Source of the DNA: a virus
Lineage: Duplodnaviria; Caudoviricetes
DNA: 33,568 nt
IMG/VR virus record: IMGVR_UViG_3300021075_000008
Span: 1 to 33,568 of that record
Direction: 5' to 3' (one strand)
Every line of letters starts with the position of its first letter. The stretch's first letter is position 1. The notes under the pieces are model-generated. The model did not search any database and was not told where the DNA came from. It was given only the letters and a program-made list of their open reading frames with translations. Made by a program: the position numbers and the translations under genes. Positions 8,601 to 17,518 of this stretch are shown piece by piece.

Positions 8601-11600
8601 ATGTCAGCAGGAAGGTATTTTAAAAACTCTGTGTCATAATTGTTTTTAATATCTTCGCGGCTTAGTTTATAACCTGTAGCGCCTTCAACTGGCTCTTCGC
8701 CAAGTAATTGACCAGTTTTCAAAAAATGAACAAGGCGGAAAGTTTTATCTTGATTCATTTCTAATTCAACTTCTTTCTTTACCGCCGCCCTTTCTTCTTT
8801 GTAGAATTTCTTGTTCTCAATTTCCTTTTGCTTCAAAGCCTTAGTCAAAAGTTTTTCTTTAGCTTTCTCATTGGCAGTGTCGTTAAGTTTTTGATAATCC
8901 TTCTTTTCAGCAGCCGTAAGCAATTCTAAAATTTGATCGTCAGAACGAAATATTGGATTGTTTTTTAATGACTCAATTGCTTCATCTGATGCAAACATAC
9001 GATCAAATACACCCCTTACATCATTGGTAAGTTTGACATTTAAATTTTTAATATTGTCATTATAAATTCTAATTAACCAACTTTTAAATCTTGCAAAAGC
9101 ATCTCTTAAAGCAATCGATGGTGCTTTACCTTCAAATAAATAAGCCTCAAAACCACGAGCAAATTTCTCATGCGCTTCTGTGGTAATGTTTCCGTCTTTG
9201 ATTCCTAGCCAGTTTTCAAGAATTTTCCAATCTTTCTTTATTTGTTCAGAAACATTTGGAACGGCAGCGATGTCTCGGTTGATTTGTAAAAAGACATGTC
9301 CTAGTTCGTGGAGAACTGTAGATTTGTTTTTGTTTTCAAAAAGGGTGATAATTGGCTTTTGTCCAATGAATTGAGTTTGTCCTCTTGGGTTTGATTCATT
9401 TTGAAATAATGGCAATCCTTGTCTTTGGATTGACTCGCGCATTGCGGGGGTGATTTCTACAGCGTGTTGTAATTTACCTGTGTCGGATAAATATTTTTTA
9501 TATAATTCGCTATTATTATTTATATCTTTTTGTGCGTCATTAAAAGAATAATCATTATTTATATTTTTCCACACCCAATCTCTAAATGTTAAAATTTTAT
9601 TTTGATTTTTAGAGGGAGTGCTACTATTGCCCAACTCAATAGCTTCAACCTTACCACCAAACTTCTTAGCCAACTTATTCACCATCGTTGGCACAATTTT
9701 ATCGTAGAAGGCTTTCATGCCTTCGCCGCCTACTTTTAGATCGTCACCTTCAATTCTTACAGTTTTAGTGCCCTGCATTGGTTCGTTCTCTAGTAACTTC
9801 TTAGCAGCATCCTTTCCAACAAAAGATTCTAATTGATCTGGAGAAATATTGTTTTTTAACTCAGTACGATCTCCAGCTCTAAATGCTAATTGAGAGTCGT
9901 TTTTGTTGTAAGAAATCCAAGAAACCTGCTTACTCAAATCATATCTTTCAGCCTGCTGCTCACCAGTTGTCCAAGCAACTTTGTCAAAGCCGTTTTCAAC
10001 CGCCCAGAGTAAGGCACGTTTAAAGGCTAGTTCGTTCCAAGTGGTTTTGAAGGGGGCGTTGGGAACTCTCATATAAGAATCATAAGCTTCTTCATATTTT
10101 TTCAAAAGAGATTCTGGCGCTTTAGCTTCCAATAAATCTGTATAAGATACTTGACCAAAGGGCTTATTTACGCCAATAGCTTTTATTTCCTCTTCTACTT
10201 TTTTAAGTAGTTCTGCGTCTTTATACCCCTTTTTCCTCCCCTCTTGGTGCCAATCGCTTTGCAACTCTTCCACAAACATAACGCGCTTGCCTTCTGCATC
10301 TGTGCGTTCATTAAAGCGGATATGGGCTAAAATATTTGGTTCATCGTAGTGGGAGGATTTGTAGATAGAAGATTTCTCATCTTTGCGTAAATTTTTAGAT
10401 TTTAAATAATTCTTAATTATTTGTTTTTGCCCTTCTTCTAATTTGTAGTCTTCCAATAAGTTTGGATTTTCAATTAAATCGTCTAGGGCTTTACCAGCGC
10501 TATCATAATTATCTTTCCAACTTCCTTCTTGCTCTATTAAGGCTCTGGCTGCAATTCTTAATGAGCCTATCTCTTGTTTGTTAATAGATTCTTGAACTGG
10601 CAAAGTCAGCAACAACTCGCGATAATTCTCGCCACCTGCTAGGGTGTATTTTTCGAATTTGGTATTAGGTTTTTCAGTTTTTGCTGCATCCAATCTATCT
10701 CTTAAATTGTCTCTGATCTCTCTTAATCTATTTAACTCTTGATTTGGCAGTTTATCTTGAATTCCTTTGTTGACCACAAACGCAGCTTTTTCATATTCTT
10801 TTTCAAGGATTTCAGCTTCATTTTTACCCTTAACAACCTCCTCAACCTCAATCTTATTAGCCTTTAAATAATCAAGAATCTGCTCTTTAGTAACGCTGCC
10901 TTTCTGCTCTTTTATCCAGTCTTCAATTCCAGTCCAATCAAGCTCTTCTTGTTTAACGCCTTTTTGAGTTAGGTTTTTAATTATGCCAGCCCATTGCTCG
11001 GGTGAACCTTTGCCTTGCGGTAAATCGGTGATTTGTTTTTCTAAAGAAGAATAGAAGGTTGGGGTGGTTTGGTAATATGTTTTTACAACCTTAATTGCAG
11101 CGTCATCAAAAACTACGTAATTGTGGTGGCCTTCTTTTTTATTACGACTGTTGCCATCAAAATATTTTATGCCATTTATTCCATTGGCATGAAGAAACTT
11201 AGAAGCTCCTTCATCGTTACGAGAATAATCTTTAAGACTACTTGGAAACCCGTCATCCTCAGCTACTTTTTTAAGAAGTTGATAAAGCTCATTTCCGCTT
11301 AATTCATAAATATCATCCGCATTCCAATCGCTAAGATAATCTATCATATCTTCTTGAGGAATCTGATCAAATGCTTTTTTTACGGCTTCTTGTATGTTAG
11401 GCGGCTGCTTACTCAACATATTATCCCAATCCAACATAGTATCAGCTTCAGGGATATTTACTTCGTAAAGTTGCCCTTCTTTTGCCTTTTGATATATCTC
11501 CACAATTCCTAAATCGTGATTCAGGTTTGATATTTCGTTTTCCAACTTTTCTAAATCAGCTTTTAATTCTTTTTTTTCTTTTGAAAAAAATCCAATTTTA

Positions 11601-14600
11601 GAAAGATCGTTTTTTATATTTAATTTTTCAGAAGTCTTTTCGTCCAGTTTCTTTTTTAGGATTTTAATAACTTCGGGAGCTGCATCTTTTAAATCTTTTC
11701 CAGTTCTATACTTTAAAGATATTTCAGGTGTTAGTAAAAAAATTCCTTTACTAAGGTCGACTGATAATTTTTTTCTATACCATTCTGCAATTTCCTTGTC
11801 ACCAGCAAAATAAAGCCCCCAACCAAAAGCCTGCGCCCCTTCTCCACCTCCAATATTGTCTAACGTAAATTTATCAAATTTGTAAGGAGTTCCATGAAAA
11901 GCAGATTGATAATAAATATTCGGATTTTCAGAATCAAAAGTGCCTTTGTTTTCTACGGATTTGATTTGGGTTGGGTCAAAGGCTACATAAACATCACCAG
12001 CTTTTGATTTTTCATTATTATTGTAATTGTCCTTAACATTTTTAACAACAACGCCATCAAAACCATTTTTCTTTGCATAATCAACAATCTGTTTTGTGCC
12101 TACTAACTTTTCCCCATTAATTTCAGTTTGAAATTGTCTCCAAACTTTATTTTCAGCGTTGACAACTAGAGGATTTTTAATGGCTAAATATGTTTTTACA
12201 ACTCCACCTTGAGCGTTTTGATAATCATAAGCTCTTTTCTCATCGGTGTATGATTTTGCCTTAGCAAGAGAACCAGTAAAATAATAAGCTCTATTTTTAT
12301 CTTCGCTGCCAAATTGCTCATTAGCAGTTTTAAAGATTGGATCTTGATTAAACTTATTTAATTCTGGCATTCCATGATAAACAACCAAAGGCTTACCATT
12401 CTCATCAACTACTTTTGAATCTCCGAACCATTTCTTAAAGGCTGGGGTTTGGGTTTGGTCTTGAGCTTGATTAAAAGTTTGACCTTCAAACTCTTTAATT
12501 GCTTTCTTAATCTCTTCATTGCTTGCATTAATATCAATTCCAGCCCTGTCTAGCTCTTCTAGGAATGATTTAACTTGGTCTTGTTCTGCGTTAGGAGCGT
12601 GGGAAATATCTTCTCCGCCAATCTCTTTTGCAAGTAGGTCTAGGAAATGCTGACGGTCAACATATTCGCCTTGGGTTTTGATTTCAGCATGAGGGAATTT
12701 TGTTTGTAGTTCGCTTGCTACGAAGTTGTCAACATTGCCAAGGCCACCTTGTTTTTTGAATAAGCCAACCATTGTTTTAGGATTAATTCCTAAAGCAGCT
12801 AATTCACCTGCAAGATTTGATCCTAATTGAACGCCGCCTTTTTCTTTAAGCATCTTAATAAGAGGCTTGCCAGCTTTAGGGGTTTTGATTGGTTTACGGG
12901 CTTTGTCTAGGAATAAATCTAGGTCTTCAATTTTATTAACAGCTTTAAATGGCGTTTCTTTGTAAATACCATTGTTTAATTCAAGCTGCCCAAGGTAACT
13001 ATTTAAAATTTTTTTCGCTTCTTCTTCTCCAACTCTAGAACTAACTGTATCATAGTAAGCTTGAGTTTTTGTAATAACTTCTTTAGCATCGCGATAAGGC
13101 ATTCCTAAATTAAGGATTTGCTTTTCAATGTTTTTCTTTACTGCATCTTGTTCTGTAAATGATTTTTTTTGCTGTTCTTGATAATGAATATTTGGGACAA
13201 CATTTTGTAAGAAAGCATCTTGGGCTTCTAAATCAGAAAAGCTTTCAGGGCTTAGCTTCATAAAATCTTCAAGACCAGCAGCTTCGGGAATATTAACTAA
13301 TGCGGCAGCTACGTCATTGCCCTTAAGAACAATATTCCCGCCAGTATCAAGAGCTTCTTGTATTTGAGTTTGAATTTCAGGAAGTGCGGCATTAATTACC
13401 TCTATTTCTTGAGGGGTTTTGCTTTGAAAATATGTTTGAACTTGATCGGCAGAAAGATAAACAGATTGTTCGCCAAGTGTTTCAGCAGTAGCTTCTTTAA
13501 AAGCTTCAGGGCTTCTTTGCAAAATTTTACTTTGTTTCGCTTTTTCAACAACATCTTTAATTGTTTTTTTATCTTCAGCCTCTTGTTGTCTTTTTTCAAC
13601 AATTCTAGCGGCATAATCTACAGTTGCGCCCGCAGTTGCGAAGCCAGCACCCCCAATTGATCCAGCAACAAAACTTTGTTTTACACGATTAGAAACCTCT
13701 TTGCTGCCTAAATATTGCAAGATTGATTCAGGAGTTACCTTATCTTTTTCAGTGCCAAAAGATTTAAATTTTCCTTCTGAAACATATTTTGCAGCTTCAC
13801 CTAAAATAACATTGGAATATTCTTGCGCTGCTTCTGTAGTTCCTTCAGCCAACATTGTGCTTGCAATGTTTTTAAGATATTCGCGACCAATAGAAGTTTT
13901 TAAAAGTTCTTCTGCGGATTCTTTAGTAAAAAGTTTTTTAAATGGTTCTGTTGCAACTTTAGCAGGAATAAGTTCTAATAATCCACCAATTCCACCAGTT
14001 AAAATTGCAGCACCAGCAGCAACTGATTTTTCAATTGGTTTGCCTGTTTCATCTACAAAATTTTTATATTCGCCATAAGAATCAGCTGTCATTCTTTTTG
14101 AGCTTTCAGTAAAAACTCCAGCTCCAGCGCCTGACCTACCAAAAGCCTTAGAGCCAATTTTAAAACCAAGTTTAGCACCTGGTATAATTGCTTCTGGCCC
14201 AGCAAATGCCCCCGCTACAGCTCCAATTGCTCCACTAGCCAAACCAGTTACACCATAACCTTTTACCGCTCCATAACCCATTTGCACTACAGTGGGAATT
14301 TGCCCTAAAGTATAAGCTGGAATTTGCGCTGCTAATTCAGTTGCGTCATTTTTAAAAAGCCCAAGTTTATAATCAGTATTTTGTAATTTTTGTAAATCTC
14401 TTTCAGCAAAATAAAGTTCGTTTAATTCTTTATTGCTTAACTTAAAATTTTCATTGCCAGTTACATCAAAAGCCATGCTTTTAAGCCCTAAATCGGTGGT
14501 TTGGCGACCAATTTCGTTGCTTTGAAATTCTTTTTTAGTATTGCCAACTATCTTTTCAAAATAAGTAAGATTATCTACATCATCGCGCAACATTGCGGTT

Positions 14601-14947
14601 TTAGAAGAATCGGCTAATTGAGCAGCAGTTTTTGGGAAATTATTAACTAAATCATCGTAACTAATTGAATTAAGCTCCGTCATTTGCTTAATTTCATTTT
14701 CTTTAGCTCTTACTGTTTCAATAGGAATGCCAGTAGCACGCGACATTTGATATTGTTGTGTTGCTTTCTCAGGAGGGATGGGAGTTGAAGCAAATACATT
14801 AGTTTTAATTTGGCTTGCCTTATTAGTTTTTTCTTCATTATTAATCGAATCTAAAGCATCAAAAAAACCAGTAGCACCATTTCTTTTTGCTGTGTCCTCT
14901 GCGTTTATTGAATCTAGTGCGTCAAAAAAACTGCTATTATTTTTCAT
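5675..14947 (-). CDS. Giant internal virion (ejection) polyvalent protein with ART-like, GNAT-like and zincin (HExxH) domains
   Basis: 3090 aa at the T7 gp16-equivalent position; Gly/Ala hydrophobic segments; FKKWFGDSKVVDENGKPLVVYHG (ART-PolyVal-like); FHGT...GEGAQAFGWGLYF; FVEELQSDWHQ; HELGH...HEKFARGFEAYLFEGKAP. Confidence 0.85.
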   Translation of the reverse strand: MKNNSSFFDALDSINAEDTAKRNGATGFFDALDSINNEEKTNKASQIKTNVFASTPIPPEKATQQYQMSRATGIPIETVRAKENEIKQMTELNSISYDDLVNNFPKTAAQLADSSKTAMLRDDVDNLTYFEKIVGNTKKEFQSNEIGRQTTDLGLKSMAFDVTGNENFKLSNKELNELYFAERDLQKLQNTDYKLGLFKNDATELAAQIPAYTLGQIPTVVQMGYGAVKGYGVTGLASGAIGAVAGAFAGPEAIIPGAKLGFKIGSKAFGRSGAGAGVFTESSKRMTADSYGEYKNFVDETGKPIEKSVAAGAAILTGGIGGLLELIPAKVATEPFKKLFTKESAEELLKTSIGREYLKNIASTMLAEGTTEAAQEYSNVILGEAAKYVSEGKFKSFGTEKDKVTPESILQYLGSKEVSNRVKQSFVAGSIGGAGFATAGATVDYAARIVEKRQQEAEDKKTIKDVVEKAKQSKILQRSPEAFKEATAETLGEQSVYLSADQVQTYFQSKTPQEIEVINAALPEIQTQIQEALDTGGNIVLKGNDVAAALVNIPEAAGLEDFMKLSPESFSDLEAQDAFLQNVVPNIHYQEQQKKSFTEQDAVKKNIEKQILNLGMPYRDAKEVITKTQAYYDTVSSRVGEEEAKKILNSYLGQLELNNGIYKETPFKAVNKIEDLDLFLDKARKPIKTPKAGKPLIKMLKEKGGVQLGSNLAGELAALGINPKTMVGLFKKQGGLGNVDNFVASELQTKFPHAEIKTQGEYVDRQHFLDLLAKEIGGEDISHAPNAEQDQVKSFLEELDRAGIDINASNEEIKKAIKEFEGQTFNQAQDQTQTPAFKKWFGDSKVVDENGKPLVVYHGMPELNKFNQDPIFKTANEQFGSEDKNRAYYFTGSLAKAKSYTDEKRAYDYQNAQGGVVKTYLAIKNPLVVNAENKVWRQFQTEINGEKLVGTKQIVDYAKKNGFDGVVVKNVKDNYNNNEKSKAGDVYVAFDPTQIKSVENKGTFDSENPNIYYQSAFHGTPYKFDKFTLDNIGGGEGAQAFGWGLYFAGDKEIAEWYRKKLSVDLSKGIFLLTPEISLKYRTGKDLKDAAPEVIKILKKKLDEKTSEKLNIKNDLSKIGFFSKEKKELKADLEKLENEISNLNHDLGIVEIYQKAKEGQLYEVNIPEADTMLDWDNMLSKQPPNIQEAVKKAFDQIPQEDMIDYLSDWNADDIYELSGNELYQLLKKVAEDDGFPSSLKDYSRNDEGASKFLHANGINGIKYFDGNSRNKKEGHHNYVVFDDAAIKVVKTYYQTTPTFYSSLEKQITDLPQGKGSPEQWAGIIKNLTQKGVKQEELDWTGIEDWIKEQKGSVTKEQILDYLKANKIEVEEVVKGKNEAEILEKEYEKAAFVVNKGIQDKLPNQELNRLREIRDNLRDRLDAAKTEKPNTKFEKYTLAGGENYRELLLTLPVQESINKQEIGSLRIAARALIEQEGSWKDNYDSAGKALDDLIENPNLLEDYKLEEGQKQIIKNYLKSKNLRKDEKSSIYKSSHYDEPNILAHIRFNERTDAEGKRVMFVEELQSDWHQEGRKKGYKDAELLKKVEEEIKAIGVNKPFGQVSYTDLLEAKAPESLLKKYEEAYDSYMRVPNAPFKTTWNELAFKRALLWAVENGFDKVAWTTGEQQAERYDLSKQVSWISYNKNDSQLAFRAGDRTELKNNISPDQLESFVGKDAAKKLLENEPMQGTKTVRIEGDDLKVGGEGMKAFYDKIVPTMVNKLAKKFGGKVEAIELGNSSTPSKNQNKILTFRDWVWKNINNDYSFNDAQKDINNNSELYKKYLSDTGKLQHAVEITPAMRESIQRQGLPLFQNESNPRGQTQFIGQKPIITLFENKNKSTVLHELGHVFLQINRDIAAVPNVSEQIKKDWKILENWLGIKDGNITTEAHEKFARGFEAYLFEGKAPSIALRDAFARFKSWLIRIYNDNIKNLNVKLTNDVRGVFDRMFASDEAIESLKNNPIFRSDDQILELLTAAEKKDYQKLNDTANEKAKEKLLTKALKQKEIENKKFYKEERAAVKKEVELEMNQDKTFRLVHFLKTGQLLGEEPVEGATGYKLSREDIKNNYDTEFLKYLPADILAKDGVPVDMVAEEFGFNDAGQMLYAIANVPNFKEELKKATDAEMVRRYGDMLYDGTIENEALNASENEARANKILYELNAANRKVKTYVETKEAYKQKAKEIIATKQIKDATDTNTFYLNEVKAAREAGKALGQKDYEKAVEWKKKQLLNHYLFRESLAIKNEVQKALKSYTGIKKKPKAGKVTIDEDFRLKAVNLLQDFNLAPKGVDYQKTNAEALDKWKQEQTNSGVLGLVEFPELGEFQDKDNIRSLTTDEFRTLDDAIQNLVTVGRNINILEVNGKKQELNSIVDRIIEQANTNIKKDKPEIEAPTEREKLVKAFDSYASSLIKTSQTTLKIDGEKNLGEFYQLFEKDLNAAELEKHKMSDELYKKVDAIYNKHFGGYKISDKRTYFDSVGKSYPKKAVLAFALNWGNEINRTRVRDGFNYSDAQVIDIISSLNKNELEFVQDIWDLVNSYWSGIESTQKKLFGIAAKKQNSVPLKIVSKDGQEVSLKGGYYPLAYTAEANFKSDTVQDLKETLFGTGFDEVSFHESMTKERTDQKVTKKIVLDLNPLSKHLTQAINIIAMKPAAWNAYRIINNRRLKTNLVKKIGIAEYKQLQSWVYDMYGRTITQESFIAKAANLSRDITVTWTMAFKLATAIIQPTGLLQSIVKIGYKNMGLGIWKALGNGNPVSINKAAKLAFAKSKILENRSKTMTRDIYEVFDHMHKAGKIRKDITKFAFLATTKMQMLADLPTWYGAYYKGLKDFKGDDAKAVELADRLLIETQGSSYKQSLSAIQRDDSALVKAFTIFGNYANVKLNLLVGSYRQTNFKKPKDTAKFISDFALLFAVDAILTEFLREGISNLLSGRGEDDEEDKTLHYANLIAGSLLSPIPVASQIYSGWSYGKDSYNPSGFKGISIVGEGISKLGKEAVNAVSEDEEVDLIKVMQGINETSAIFTIGGGAQIDIFLKALKEEREGGEPAPIDFILKPAKK

Positions 14948-16623
14948 TATTTTTTAATATTTGTTGGACGACCACGAGAATCACCTAATTTTTCATAATA
15001 AGCTTTTTCAGCTTCTGGACTTTGATCTGGCAAAAAGCCTTTTTTACCACCTTTCCCAACAGGAAGTAAGTCATTTGTATTTGTAACTTCGGCAGCTCCA
15101 GCGTCAGAAATTAATTTTGGAAACCTAATATAAACTTTTTTAATTTCTTCATCAGTTGGTTTTGGTCTTCCTAATTTTCTAGCCTCATCATAGGCTTTTT
15201 CTCTAAAATCATCGGGAATTGCAATAGCTCTTCCTCTAGAAACTTCATACTTTCTTTTTTCTTCAGTGCCTCCCCATAAACTATCTTTTTCAAAAGACTG
15301 CTTAACAACAAGATCGTGAGCCATATCTTGAAGCTCCCTTACCGTTGGTGGACGTTTATGTGCTTCTTGAAATATTTCTGATTCTTCATTTAATCTTGTT
15401 TTAAATTTGGCTGCTTGAGTTTTTCCGCTATCTTCAGTAAGTTTATATCCTATTTGTTTTATAGTGCCATTGGCAACTTGGTCAAAAGCAGCAATTGAAG
15501 CAGGAACAGTAGTTTTTTGTTGTAATTTTTGAAGCTCTGCAATTTTATTAGATGGAACATCTGCGGCAATTTTAAGAGGAGAAATCTCTGAAAACTTTGT
15601 GGGATCTTTTACATACATGTCTTTGTAATCCCAATAATTCTTTTCTTGTTCTGTTGCTTGAACCTTGCCTTCACCTAGTTGTTTTTGACGGACAGCATCA
15701 TATCTGGCAATATCTTCATTAGAAGCTTTTAACTGAACGGCAATAGGGAGTTGGTCAAATGCAGCTCCTGAAGAAGCGCCTTTTAAAAGTTCATTGTCAA
15801 CATTTAACTTAGCTTGTCTTTCAGCTTTAGCCGCAGCTCTTTCAGCATCATTTTTTTGCTGCTCTAAAAGCATTTCTGCCCTATCTTTTAGCTTCATTCT
15901 TTCATCAGCGGGAAGCATCCTAGCTATTCCTTTTCCTTCAGTATCTTTATCAGCGCCGTTAAGAATATTAAGTTGCTGTTGGGGAGGAAGACTAGCTATT
16001 TGAGTTGTAACAAATCTTTTATTTACGTCCTCATTATATTTTTGAATTTTCAAATCGCGGTTAGGATCACTATAAGGAATACTTAAAGCAAAATTATCTT
16101 TGGTAGCGCTTAGAATATCTTTTTGAACATTTGGATCTCTCGCCTTTAAAAAAGCATCGAGGTTTGCATCTTCTTCTTTAGCCGCAGTCGCCATTCCATA
16201 GGCTTGTTGTTTTGCTTCGGAAGTTTTAAGAATTTGTCCAAATTTTTGCGCTTGGTGTAAATTTAAATCCTCTTCTAATCTTTGCGAATATCCGTTTTCT
16301 CCAAGAGATTTTTTAGTTTCATCTTTTATTTTTTTCATTCCCTCTTGGTATTTTTGAGGAAGGTTTGCATAATCGGGGCTTTGATCTAATTCTGTTTCAA
16401 GATTAACTGATTGTTGTAAAGCTTTAGATTTAGCAATTGAATAGTTAAACTTGTCATGGCGATTTTTTATTTCCAATAATACACCACCAGTTTTTTCTAA
16501 AACTTGTCCTAATTTAGCGGTAGCTTCAGGCACAGCGGTAACATCAGCACTTACAACTTGAGGCGCGTTATAACCAGCAGCTTGAGGAACTGATAGTTGA
16601 TCGACAATTGGGAATTTACTCAT
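14947..16623 (-). CDS. Internal virion / ejection protein (T7 gp15-like position)
   Basis: 558 aa, helical, K/E/Q-rich; lies between the small ejection protein and the giant protein. Confidence 0.65.
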   Translation of the reverse strand: MSKFPIVDQLSVPQAAGYNAPQVVSADVTAVPEATAKLGQVLEKTGGVLLEIKNRHDKFNYSIAKSKALQQSVNLETELDQSPDYANLPQKYQEGMKKIKDETKKSLGENGYSQRLEEDLNLHQAQKFGQILKTSEAKQQAYGMATAAKEEDANLDAFLKARDPNVQKDILSATKDNFALSIPYSDPNRDLKIQKYNEDVNKRFVTTQIASLPPQQQLNILNGADKDTEGKGIARMLPADERMKLKDRAEMLLEQQKNDAERAAAKAERQAKLNVDNELLKGASSGAAFDQLPIAVQLKASNEDIARYDAVRQKQLGEGKVQATEQEKNYWDYKDMYVKDPTKFSEISPLKIAADVPSNKIAELQKLQQKTTVPASIAAFDQVANGTIKQIGYKLTEDSGKTQAAKFKTRLNEESEIFQEAHKRPPTVRELQDMAHDLVVKQSFEKDSLWGGTEEKRKYEVSRGRAIAIPDDFREKAYDEARKLGRPKPTDEEIKKVYIRFPKLISDAGAAEVTNTNDLLPVGKGGKKGFLPDQSPEAEKAYYEKLGDSRGRPTNIKK

Positions 16624-17171
16624 TATAATTCAGCTTTTGCGGTTAAATCAGTAGGAGATTTAGAATTGTATTTCGCATAGAATGATCCAGCAGTTGCGCC
16701 AGATCCAATTAAACTAGATATAGCTCCAATATTAGCAGCTTTTCTGGCTTGTTTTCCTTCATAGCGAGTCATAGTCGCTTTATTTCTTAATCCTATAGCT
16801 TCATTTTTTAAAGCATCTGATTTAGTGTTTCCTTCATATAAAGCACTTAAAGCTTCATATTCACCTTGACTGGCAGTATTAGAAATTAAATCAGCAATAT
16901 TTTTTTCAGAAGTTGAGGCTCCTTGTGCGGCGGCAATGGCGATTTGTTTTGATTGCAACATTTTGTTTTGCCTTAAAGCTTCTGTCGCTCCTCTTTGTCC
17001 ACCTGCGACTGCATTAGCTGCGGCAATATCGGCTAAATCTGCATTCTGGTTATATTGTCCAGCAACAGTAGTCGCCATGCGAGATTGAGCATTACCAGCT
17101 TGAATTTGAGAACTAGCTGATAAAAGACCTCCACCTACCATTAAAGCTGGAATTACTGTTGCTGCGGACAT
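16623..17171 (-). CDS. Internal virion / ejection protein (T7 gp14-like)
   Basis: 182 aa, Ala/Gly/Gln-rich with hydrophobic Gly-rich ends; canonical position after the nozzle and GNAT-like gene. Confidence 0.7.
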   Translation of the reverse strand: MSAATVIPALMVGGGLLSASSQIQAGNAQSRMATTVAGQYNQNADLADIAAANAVAGGQRGATEALRQNKMLQSKQIAIAAAQGASTSEKNIADLISNTASQGEYEALSALYEGNTKSDALKNEAIGLRNKATMTRYEGKQARKAANIGAISSLIGSGATAGSFYAKYNSKSPTDLTAKAEL

Positions 17172-17518
17172 AGCTTATAAAATTCTTTGTTGTTTATAGT
17201 GTTATAATATTTGTAACCTAATTTTTCTAAATATCTTTTTGAATTAGGAATTTCAACATCTCTTTCGCAAACTATTGTAACATTTAATTTCTTAAATTCT
17301 TCCGTTACTTGTTTAGAAATTTCCCAAAATGCTTTCCTTGGTAGATTATTTCTGACTCTAACAAAGGAAGTAAATTGAGTTGGAATTAACCAAATACCTC
17401 CGATTGCATATTTTTTTCTTCCTTCTTTTAAAACCCAAGCTTTTGCAGAATAAGGCAAAGTTTCACCTCTAAAAAAGAAATCAAAATCTTTCTTAGTAGC
17501 AAATCTACTGCTTATCAT
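17153..17518 (-). CDS. GNAT-fold tail assembly protein (T7 gp13-like position)
   Basis: AIGGI strand and NSKRYLEKLGY motif; likely ATG at 17518 (track 17539). Confidence 0.6.
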   Translation of the reverse strand: MISSRFATKKDFDFFFRGETLPYSAKAWVLKEGRKKYAIGGIWLIPTQFTSFVRVRNNLPRKAFWEISKQVTEEFKKLNVTIVCERDVEIPNSKRYLEKLGYKYYNTINNKEFYKLCPQQQ

